57,230 nucleotides of DNA, from contig DAOWAN010000002.1 in NCBI GenBank assembly GCA_030634545.1, positions 1-57,230 of the forward strand, read 5' to 3'. The notes under the pieces are model-generated. The model saw only the letters and a list, made by a program, of their open reading frames with translations. It did not search any database and was not told the DNA's origin. Every line of letters begins with the position of its first letter. Positions within the stretch are counted from its first letter, which is position 1. Positions 17,384-24,920 of the stretch are shown one piece after another. The position numbers and the translations under genes were made by a program. The DNA comes from Candidatus Nanohalarchaeota archaeon. GTDB taxonomy: Archaea > EX4484-52 > B79-G9.

Positions 17384-17566
17384 TTATATATTTTGTTTCA
17401 TAATGGTTGTCTGACCGTTTTCAATGAAGACTGCTTTGTTGATTTGTTGCTGAACATAACTTTCATTTACCATTATCTTCACTTCAACAGCTTCTAATTG
17501 TAACGGGGCAATGACAATACTAAACATTAATAGTATCATCAGCGTGTACGTGATTAGCTTTTTCAT
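17384..17566 (-). CDS. small secreted or membrane protein (60 aa)
   Basis: N-terminal signal-like MKKLITYTLMILLMFSIVIAPLQLEA. Confidence 0.5.
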   Translation of the reverse strand: MKKLITYTLMILLMFSIVIAPLQLEAVEVKIMVNESYVQQQINKAVFIENGQTTIMKQNI

Positions 17567-18381
17567 TTCTTTTCCTCTGGTGCAGGCAGGAAGAATCCTT
17601 TCCTGTACGTCTGCATAATCTCCTTTACTTTTTTTTCAGTGATATTTCCTAAAAATTCTTCTAACTGTCTGTTCAGCTTGATGAACTGTTTCTCTATGTA
17701 TATGAAAAAAGCTTCCCTCTCTTCAGTCCATTTGATGACACTGAAATCCTTCTCGACAACACCACCCCATATCTGTTTGAAGCCGTAGCCTTTACGCTGT
17801 CCTTGAAGACCGTGTGTGTCCTGCTCTAAGCCTTCATAGATTATTTTTTTACCCCAATATTCTATCTCTCTTTTGTATGCTACAAACCACTGGAATGAGA
17901 AATCAATCTTCAGACCCATCTTCGCATGATGCCAGCTATCCCTCTGCTTTGATTCTGATTTAGTGAATTTTACGCAGATGACTTTTATTTTCTCTGAATC
18001 TTGGACTAGCTGGACTTGTATTGCATCTTTTGTAATCTTGTTCAGTTCCCTCACTATATCAAGAAATTGGGATGATTTCACTATGTTCTTGAACCTGACA
18101 AACTTCGGCTTGTTGAAGCTGTCTTTTTCTCTGGCAAAGGAATCTTCTGACCTCGTTACAAGATACTGCTCTTCGGTGTCAACAACCTTCTCATATAAAT
18201 ATTTAGGGATTGTCACCCAGAAGTTTATGTGTTCAAAACCGTACTCATCTCTTTCTTGTAAATCCTGATGTACTGTAAGCTCGACATCTTCCACATCAGA
18301 GAAATCTCTCTTCGGCAGTCGAAATACGTGCTTGAACTCGTGCATCTTTCTTGTCTTTTTCATTTTCTTTGCCTTATACAT
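17563..18381 (-). CDS. hypothetical protein (272 aa)
   Basis: Long ATG ORF with A/T-rich third positions. No motif recognised. Confidence 0.7.
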   Translation of the reverse strand: MYKAKKMKKTRKMHEFKHVFRLPKRDFSDVEDVELTVHQDLQERDEYGFEHINFWVTIPKYLYEKVVDTEEQYLVTRSEDSFAREKDSFNKPKFVRFKNIVKSSQFLDIVRELNKITKDAIQVQLVQDSEKIKVICVKFTKSESKQRDSWHHAKMGLKIDFSFQWFVAYKREIEYWGKKIIYEGLEQDTHGLQGQRKGYGFKQIWGGVVEKDFSVIKWTEEREAFFIYIEKQFIKLNRQLEEFLGNITEKKVKEIMQTYRKGFFLPAPEEKK

Positions 18382-18463
18382 TCATCTAATAAAATACTGA
18401 ATTTACTGCTACTAAATTTGCTTGGACTTTTTCCAGCTTCCCTTAACATTTTTTGAACTATTT

Positions 18464-18955
18464 TCATTTTTTCTCCTTCCAATCTTCTATGTCTTCCCAA
18501 TCAATTTCCCATTCATCATTAAATAATAGTTTAGCAACTTTCTTGGCTTCAATAATAACTTCATCTACTGTGTCAAAACATTCTGTTGGAAATCCTTTTC
18601 TTACTCTTGGTCTGGCATCTTCATCATAAAGATTCCTAATTGTTTTTTCAGATATTTTCTCAACACTTATCCTTTCTGATTTTGCTTCTTCTGGATAATT
18701 TCTACACGAAAGTCCTGTTATTTTTCCTGTTTTCAGGTTTTTAACATTTAAATCCCAATATCGAAAATATCCGTAATAATGGATTGCACCGATGCTTATT
18801 CCTCTCCAACTAGATATTGTGAAGATGACTCTTCTTTTTCCTTTTAATATTGTGATATAATCTTCATCATGAGATGAAAATTTTATGCCAACACCTTTCT
18901 TTGCATCTCTTGGCTTAAATTCTAATGATGGCTGTGGATTCAGTGGGCGTTTCAT
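18464..18955 (-). CDS. hypothetical protein (163 aa)
   Basis: ATG ORF coupled (ATGA) to the upstream mini-ORF. Confidence 0.7.
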   Translation of the reverse strand: MKRPLNPQPSLEFKPRDAKKGVGIKFSSHDEDYITILKGKRRVIFTISSWRGISIGAIHYYGYFRYWDLNVKNLKTGKITGLSCRNYPEEAKSERISVEKISEKTIRNLYDEDARPRVRKGFPTECFDTVDEVIIEAKKVAKLLFNDEWEIDWEDIEDWKEKK

Positions 18956-19119
18956 TTGTTTACCTCTTCATATTCCTCAGACCAAAGTTTTACTTTTTCT
19001 CCTGTGTCTCCTTTTACCCAAAGACCTGTTTTGTCATCTACTGCAACATCCAAAACTTTTCCTTCAGTTAGACCATGCTCTTTAGCAACAGGGATGTTTC
19101 TTAACAGTTTTACTTTCAT
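18952..19119 (-). CDS. hypothetical mini-protein (55 aa; not in the ORF track)
   Basis: Hand-translated as MKVKLLRNIPVAKEHGLTEGKVLDVAVDDKTGLWVKGDTGEKVKLWSEEYEEVNK. ATGA overlaps at both ends. Confidence 0.45.
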   Translation of the reverse strand: MKVKLLRNIPVAKEHGLTEGKVLDVAVDDKTGLWVKGDTGEKVKLWSEEYEEVNK

Positions 19120-19391
19120 TTTTTCTTTATTCTTTTAATACTATATTTCTTTTCAAATAGATTTAAAATATCATCAATCAAGTCTTCAAGCACATTTGGA
19201 TTTTCTTGCCAAATATGTTCTCCTTGACCGCATTGTTCTTTTACACCACACGTGTTGCATTTCCACTGTTGTTTGTTATCTTTCACACATAACTCAAAAT
19301 TTGGATTCTCAACAAAATCTTGTCTGTGTGCATCATAATATGCTCTTGCATATTTCTTGATTTTATCCCTTCGTGTTTTTGAAAACTTCAT
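19116..19391 (-). CDS. hypothetical Cys-containing protein (91 aa)
   Basis: ATG ORF with CVKDNKQQWKCNTCGVKEQC. Confidence 0.6.
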   Translation of the reverse strand: MKFSKTRRDKIKKYARAYYDAHRQDFVENPNFELCVKDNKQQWKCNTCGVKEQCGQGEHIWQENPNVLEDLIDDILNLFEKKYSIKRIKKK

Positions 19392-19469
19392 TGTAATTCC
19401 CCCATGTGAAATTCACATCCGTAAGGATAATCTTGGTGGCATGCTATACAATCATTTATGTCTCTCATA

Positions 19470-19718
19470 TCATCCACCACCTAACCCTTTAATTAATTTT
19501 TTATCATATTCCTCAATCTTCTTGAGAATGTTGTTGACTACACCTTCTTCAGTAAAAGAATTGTCTATTGCAATGAATTCTTTATATAATTCCTGAACAT
19601 TTTCAAAGGATTTGTCTATAATGGTTTTTGCTCTATTTTCCCACATTTCTTTCCTGTGTTTTTTAACAGCTTCTTCAATAGTCCTGATTTCAACATGTGT
19701 TAGTTCTAATTGCATCAT
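19470..19718 (-). CDS. hypothetical helical protein (82 aa)
   Basis: ATG ORF with a 4-nt overlap onto the upstream gene. Confidence 0.6.
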   Translation of the reverse strand: MMQLELTHVEIRTIEEAVKKHRKEMWENRAKTIIDKSFENVQELYKEFIAIDNSFTEEGVVNNILKKIEEYDKKLIKGLGGG

Positions 19719-20218
19719 TTATCGCCTTTTTCTTCCTTTTCATACATTTCTTTTATCAAATGTCTTTTTTTAGCATCAAAATTCAACCCTGATTGAGATA
19801 GAGAATAATTAAATCCATCACTCCAAGAATTGTATGTTACTCTTAATTTCCCTTGTGCAAGATTATAGATTCTACTTGAAATATTTTTTAAGATTTCTCT
19901 CATTTGAGTAAGTTCAACCTTCTCATTATAATATTTTAAAGTGTACTTATATCCAATTTTTTTGTCAAGAACATCATGAGAATAACTCTTTAAATTCTCA
20001 ACTCTTAACAATAATTCTTTATAGTCTTTTTCTAAGTCTTTTGTAATATCTAGTTTCTTATCACAGTGTGGACAATGTTTGTATTCGCTTCTTTTTCTTT
20101 GTTCTTTTTCTTTTAGTCCTTTGACTTCTTCTTCAGCACCTTCTTTTGAACTAAAAGAAGGATAACCATCTCCAACACCGTATAATGTATGTTTTTTTAT
20201 TTCATATTTTTCTTCCAT
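19715..20218 (-). CDS. hypothetical protein with CPHC motif (167 aa)
   Basis: ATG ORF with HCPHCDKKL. Confidence 0.65.
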   Translation of the reverse strand: MEEKYEIKKHTLYGVGDGYPSFSSKEGAEEEVKGLKEKEQRKRSEYKHCPHCDKKLDITKDLEKDYKELLLRVENLKSYSHDVLDKKIGYKYTLKYYNEKVELTQMREILKNISSRIYNLAQGKLRVTYNSWSDGFNYSLSQSGLNFDAKKRHLIKEMYEKEEKGDK

Positions 20219-20220
20219 GT

Positions 20221-20562
20221 TTATTCACCTTTTTCAATTTCCAGAAAATTATTTAATTCAGTCACTTGACCAATATCATATTCTGGAAGATTTGGAGTTT
20301 CATAATGTTCTTCTATCCTGATGACAAAACTGCCTTCTATGAATTCAACAACACCTTTAAACCACTTTCCTTTCATGTATGTTGCGATTATTTTGTCTCC
20401 TTCATAGATTTCTTCGCCATTTTTGTATTTTAGACCTGCGTACTGTGTTATTTTTGCTTCATGTTGACAATCAATTAATCTTAGAATATTTCTTCTATTT
20501 TTAAAATCTAAACGTACTATTTCTCCATCGTCAAACAAAGCTTTATATTTGATTTCTCTCAT
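20221..20562 (-). CDS. YopX-like phage protein
   Basis: MREIKYKA...QYAGLKYKNGEEIYEGDKI matches the YopX pattern MreIKFRaW...qfTGLkDknGkeIYEGDiv. Confidence 0.75.
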   Translation of the reverse strand: MREIKYKALFDDGEIVRLDFKNRRNILRLIDCQHEAKITQYAGLKYKNGEEIYEGDKIIATYMKGKWFKGVVEFIEGSFVIRIEEHYETPNLPEYDIGQVTELNNFLEIEKGE

Positions 20563-21644
20563 TATTCTTCACCCTCTTCTTGTTCTTTATTTATCATGTC
20601 AAGTGCTTTCTGCAAAGCTTCATTCAGTCCTGTCTTTTCCCTGAACTCATCCAGAATGTCACGTATCTCCTGCCTTTTCTCTTCAAACCTGTCTTCTGCT
20701 TCTTCACCAACATAATTGACAATGGCTTGCCTGACAAATTCTCTTGACTTTTTTGGAATGACTATCAATGCGTTTGCTTCACATTTCCTCACACCATATT
20801 TGCTGAGATATTCTTGTGCATAGGGAAGATTGAAATTTGGATGCAGTTTGCCTGATTTGGTTCTTCCTTGCACTATCTTTCCATTTTGCAATTCTGCAAT
20901 AGCCCCTTTGCTTCCTGTAATCAGATTGTCAATCCATGTTAATTTATTTTCTTCAATGAAATCATAGTCAAGACCGAACCTTTTGATTATCAAGTCTTCT
21001 GGATTGTAGCCTGTCTCACCATCTGCCCATTCAATGAACATCAAATCTCTTATGTTTTTCCTTAAAAAATCTGAAATCCTTAACCCATCTGGGTCATGGT
21101 CTCCGCAGTATAATAATACGCATTTAAGACCTTTTTGTTCAGCTTCCTTGAACCTTCTTGAATAGATTGCTCTCTGGTGCATCGAAGACCAGCCCTTTGA
21201 TGTTGCGATTGGTATATGGAATTTCTGGCATACTGGTCTGAACAATGTCTTCAGGTCAACTTTCTCGACAATCATCTGGATATAATACTCTTCACCATCC
21301 CACCAGTCAGGCGTGTACCATTCTTCACAATCCAGAGAAGCTTGAACATACTCTTTCATGTACTGCACTGGTGTTTGTTCAGTTGGCACTTCAACACCTT
21401 CAAATGCCCTGCCGACATCTTCTTCTGTGAAATCTATTGGCAGGATGCCTTTCTTCCTGCATTTGTTCATTAGATTTTCGACCTTATCAAAATCTGCCTT
21501 TGTGATAAGATTTGCCGTTTCTAATTGATATGCCCAGCCCCTCGCTGATACTTTAAAGCCGATTTGTCTTGATATTTTCTTTATCTCTACTGCGAATTTC
21601 CGAAGGTTCTCTTCAGTTGCTTTTTTCGTTAAGTCATATTCCAT
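20562..21644 (-). CDS. Topo VIA/Spo11-like protein (putative 5Y-CAP plus Toprim), 360 aa
   Basis: MIVEKVDLKTLF (Toprim Glu), SKGWSS and YCGDHDPDGLRI (DxDxxG) match the Topo VI-A pattern vEK...kG.p...D.DP.G..I. Glu-to-DxD spacing is 55 aa. SARGWAYQL lies 88 aa upstream of the Glu as a candidate catalytic-Tyr segment. Start taken at the ATG after GAGGTAAAA. Confidence 0.6.
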   Translation of the reverse strand: MEYDLTKKATEENLRKFAVEIKKISRQIGFKVSARGWAYQLETANLITKADFDKVENLMNKCRKKGILPIDFTEEDVGRAFEGVEVPTEQTPVQYMKEYVQASLDCEEWYTPDWWDGEEYYIQMIVEKVDLKTLFRPVCQKFHIPIATSKGWSSMHQRAIYSRRFKEAEQKGLKCVLLYCGDHDPDGLRISDFLRKNIRDLMFIEWADGETGYNPEDLIIKRFGLDYDFIEENKLTWIDNLITGSKGAIAELQNGKIVQGRTKSGKLHPNFNLPYAQEYLSKYGVRKCEANALIVIPKKSREFVRQAIVNYVGEEAEDRFEEKRQEIRDILDEFREKTGLNEALQKALDMINKEQEEGEE

Positions 21645-21646
21645 TT

Positions 21647-21892
21647 TTACCTCAGTTTTTTTATGTCTTTTAGACCCATTGCACTTGCAACTCTCCAAAC
21701 AGTGTAATTTCTATGTGTTCTTTTGTCTGCTATTTTTATGATTACTTTATTAAAATCTCTATATTCTTTATTAACAGATTTTTCATAATTTTCTTCTGCT
21801 TTTTTAATTCTGGCATTAAAGAATTTAACAACGATTTCTAAGTCTTTCTCCAATATCTTTCTTTTCTTAGCACTGATATTTGCTTTTAACAT
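21647..21892 (-). CDS. hypothetical basic protein (81 aa)
   Basis: ATG ORF. Possible C-terminal HTH (YTVWRVASAMGLKDIKKL). Confidence 0.55.
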   Translation of the reverse strand: MLKANISAKKRKILEKDLEIVVKFFNARIKKAEENYEKSVNKEYRDFNKVIIKIADKRTHRNYTVWRVASAMGLKDIKKLR

Positions 21893-21895
21893 TTT

Positions 21896-22135
21896 CTAGT
21901 TCACCTTTTCCAGTTCTGCTATCTTAACATCTCTTTTATTGAGGGCATCAACTATCTTGTAAATCTCATGTAATTTAGTTCCTTTATGTAATGACATGCC
22001 TTCTCCTCTTCCATTTGTCAAATAACCTATATTAGCGTCATAATACCATTGCTGACCTATTGGTTTTTTTCTGTATCTCCAACCTGTTTCTTGGACTATT
22101 TCTTTAAACGGTTTAAATTCAATAGATTTTGTCAT
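21896..22135 (-). CDS. hypothetical protein (79 aa)
   Basis: ATG ORF with a 4-nt overlap onto the upstream gene. Confidence 0.55.
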   Translation of the reverse strand: MTKSIEFKPFKEIVQETGWRYRKKPIGQQWYYDANIGYLTNGRGEGMSLHKGTKLHEIYKIVDALNKRDVKIAELEKVN

Positions 22136-22344
22136 TTTATCTCCGTGTCTCTTACCACAGTTTCAGGCATTAAGTCCATGTGACCTGTTCCGTTGTCAAC
22201 TCGGCATTTCATTAATCTATGTCCATCACCAAACGGTGCTTTGTCTCCAATCCAAACTATATATAATTTAGTTCCTTTTGGAATGCCGACCCCTTTAATA
22301 TCTTTACAATCTTCAGTTAATTCAATAGTTTTTAGTATTTTCAT
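22132..22344 (-). CDS. hypothetical protein (70 aa)
   Basis: ATG ORF preceded by AGGTGATATGA-ATG. Confidence 0.55.
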   Translation of the reverse strand: MKILKTIELTEDCKDIKGVGIPKGTKLYIVWIGDKAPFGDGHRLMKCRVDNGTGHMDLMPETVVRDTEIK

Positions 22345-22363
22345 TCATATCACCTTTTGTTCT

Positions 22364-22561
22364 TCATAATTTTGTTTCTTCAAATTTCCTATTTTCTTTT
22401 TTTACCCTATCATGAGTGTATTTGACACAGTACCGCACCATGTCCGTGTCAGTGTTAATCCCTGTGATATTTTTTAACTCTTCCAGCCTATTGAGAAGCT
22501 TTTCATCCCTTCTTCTCGCATTCTTGACTGAAAGTGCAATCTTTTTAGTTGGCGTTAACAT
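22364..22561 (-). CDS. possible ribbon-helix-helix protein (65 aa)
   Basis: KIALSV (beta strand), then LLNRLEELK and DMVRYCVKY (helices), which resembles the CopG/RHH layout. Weak call. Confidence 0.4.
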   Translation of the reverse strand: MLTPTKKIALSVKNARRRDEKLLNRLEELKNITGINTDTDMVRYCVKYTHDRVKKENRKFEETKL

Positions 22562-22832
22562 TTTCTAGTTCACCTTTTTCAAGTTTTTTTAGACAGTTTT
22601 TGCAGTCAACTATTTTCTTGACTTCTTCCAGTGTAAAATCTTTTTTTCTGACTTCTGTTTTATTAAGCCTGTTGATTATGTAACCGCAGACAGTCATCTT
22701 TCCTTTTGCTAAGTCACCACCACATAAAGTATATTTATTAAACTTAGTCTCGCTGATAGCGTGTGTCTTCACGATGCCTGCACCGTAAAACACGTCCTCT
22801 AATTTATCGACTACTTTCATTTTTTTAACCAT
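22545..22832 (-). CDS. hypothetical Cys-containing protein (95 aa)
   Basis: ATG ORF (MVKKMKVVDK...) with 4 Cys, including CKNC. Confidence 0.55.
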   Translation of the reverse strand: MVKKMKVVDKLEDVFYGAGIVKTHAISETKFNKYTLCGGDLAKGKMTVCGYIINRLNKTEVRKKDFTLEEVKKIVDCKNCLKKLEKGELENVNAN

Positions 22833-23094
22833 TCCTTATTCAACATAGATGCTATCCAGTTTAGGAAATTTTCACATGATTTTTCCTTGCCAAAAATTTC
22901 TCTATACTCTTCTGTCAATTTTTGAAATCTAATTATATTATCTCTTGCTGTTGTCATTCATATCACCTGTTTGATTAATATTATTATGATAACTAAACAC
23001 TCGCAGAAAATATCTGTCTTATTCCATTGATTCAATGACAGTCTCAACGAGTGCCTAAAATCACTTAAAAACTGTTGCGGATTGTGAAATTTAA

Positions 23095-23316
23095 TCATTT
23101 CCATTCTATTACTTCACCATTAACTGTCATTCCTTCTATTGTTTCATTTAATTCATCAATAGCATTTGCAATACCATCTACTTGACTCTCTAAATCATTG
23201 TCATTCTCATAGCTTTTTGTGTTTACCCATCTGTTCCATTCTTCATCCTTCAAGTCAGCTAACCAAGTTAATATTACTTTAAGTTGTACTCGTGTTGTTT
23301 TCAATAGTTTTACCAT
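23095..23316 (-). CDS. hypothetical acidic protein (73 aa)
   Basis: Start taken at MVKLLKT after GGTGGATTAAG, 1 nt past the upstream stop. The track start at 23355 overlaps the GHKL gene. Confidence 0.5.
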   Translation of the reverse strand: MVKLLKTTRVQLKVILTWLADLKDEEWNRWVNTKSYENDNDLESQVDGIANAIDELNETIEGMTVNGEVIEWK

Positions 23317-23317
23317 C

Positions 23318-24724
23318 TTAATCCACCCCGAAGAACTCTGGCTCTTCCAGTGCAATCATGACTAATTTGCCAGCCATCTTTGTGATGCACTCATGATATG
23401 AATGCTCTGTGTGATGCCCTTTCTCATGACCTAATTCATGTAATATCAGTGATGTTGTCATTGGACAGACTGTGATGTCAAAGAAGCCCTTTAATCTGCT
23501 TACGTTGAATGTCATGACTCTGTGACCATACTGTGCCACAACCATGTTAAAACCGCCTTTAACGAACTCTACACCGATGTCTATACCCAGCAATCTCTTA
23601 GCTATCTTCTGTGCATATTTGCCGACCCTGTCCATACTCACAGTCGGTCTGACGCTTTGTGCATTTGTGAAATTAGTCCCGAACCTGTCGCTTGTGCTTT
23701 CTATCGCACCGAACCTCTTGATGTTTTCCCATTCAGCAGAACCCATCTCTGAGCCATGAACAACATTGTAGCCGTGACTGATTGCTTCATCTATTGAGTT
23801 TGGGTCAAAATTGTTTGCCACTGCGACCTTATCTCCGAATCTTTTCTTTACGATACTTTCAACAGCTTCCTTCTCAATCCTGTCATCACTCATCGCTGAC
23901 CTAACCCATAAGTCAGAACTGTTCTCTTTCTCAATATCTTCATAAGTGTTGTTCAGAACCTCTGCATATAAATCCTGTAAGAAGCTAGGCAGTACAGTTT
24001 CCCTATCTAAGCTCAAAGGTATCTTCTGCTGTACGTCAATGTCATATCCACATTCGATGTCTGTTATCGGGATGCCCATCTCAAAGATATACTTAGTGTC
24101 TCTCCGTGTCTTGTGAAGATGAACTTTTGTCATCCTTTTTGTCCTTGACATCGTGCCTTCTTTCTCTATCTCAGTCTGTAAGGTTGTCTTGAATATTTTG
24201 TCAGGCTCTACATAATCAACTTTGACACCGTTCACATAATAATTGATGCCTTTTGGGACTAGGTACATCATAGCATCTTCCAGCATCTCACCAGCATCCT
24301 GTTTGTTGGCTCTTAATTTTATTGTTATCATTGAGCCAGAATCCCTTTTAAAGCGTCTGTTGTGCCTTCCTTTGCTGTCAAATACAATAGTGCCTGTGGT
24401 TGTCTCAACCTTTGCTTCGGTGCAGACAGCGAACACCAGCTTCTCTCCTATGTTGAACCGTCCACGCTTCTCTGAATCTCTTCGTTTATATGTGTCTGCA
24501 AACAGTGTGTAAGCATGTGTCAAATTCCTGAAACCTATCGGGCTGTCATCTTCGATGCTCAAAGTCATCATGCCTTTTGACTGCACCATGTTGACTCTGC
24601 ATTGTGTGATAGGCTCATCCAAAGCGTTCTGTACCAGTTCTCTTAATATGAACTTTTTACCTTTCTTGCCTATCAGATTCTTCAGACCTTCTCGGTCAAC
24701 TGCAAACCAGTTTTTGTCTTTCAT
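23318..24724 (-). CDS. GHKL-superfamily ATPase with C-terminal HExxH (zincin-like) motif, 468 aa
   Basis: ELVQNALDE (N-box, aa 29-37), IEDDSPIG (G1-like) and RGRFNIGEK (G2 box) follow the Bergerat-fold order seen in Hsp90, MutL, Topo VIB and MORC. HELGH is at aa 429-433 (nt 23426-23440), followed by GHH..H..HE. Confidence 0.75.
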   Translation of the reverse strand: MKDKNWFAVDREGLKNLIGKKGKKFILRELVQNALDEPITQCRVNMVQSKGMMTLSIEDDSPIGFRNLTHAYTLFADTYKRRDSEKRGRFNIGEKLVFAVCTEAKVETTTGTIVFDSKGRHNRRFKRDSGSMITIKLRANKQDAGEMLEDAMMYLVPKGINYYVNGVKVDYVEPDKIFKTTLQTEIEKEGTMSRTKRMTKVHLHKTRRDTKYIFEMGIPITDIECGYDIDVQQKIPLSLDRETVLPSFLQDLYAEVLNNTYEDIEKENSSDLWVRSAMSDDRIEKEAVESIVKKRFGDKVAVANNFDPNSIDEAISHGYNVVHGSEMGSAEWENIKRFGAIESTSDRFGTNFTNAQSVRPTVSMDRVGKYAQKIAKRLLGIDIGVEFVKGGFNMVVAQYGHRVMTFNVSRLKGFFDITVCPMTTSLILHELGHEKGHHTEHSYHECITKMAGKLVMIALEEPEFFGVD

Positions 24725-24787
24725 TTTTTCACCTTTACTTCACTTTTCTTGTCTTTAAGACATTTCATATTTATTAGTATGACATAT

Positions 24788-24807
24788 CATATATATAAAC
24801 CTTTCGT
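24788..24807 (-). promoter_or_regulatory. BRE/TATA promoter for the GHKL-led gene run
   Basis: The coding strand reads CGAAAGGTTTATATATATG (a BRE-like CGAAA next to TTTATATA), about 65 nt upstream of the ATG at 24724. That ATG has its own GGTGA SD. Confidence 0.5.
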
Positions 24808-24920
24808 TTTTTAACCTATTTAAGAGTAAATCAACTAAGAATTAGCTACTTTTAGTTACATTTTCATATAATGAATATCTTATATAGAAATAAGAAAAAG
24901 AAATAAATTATATGTGCCTG

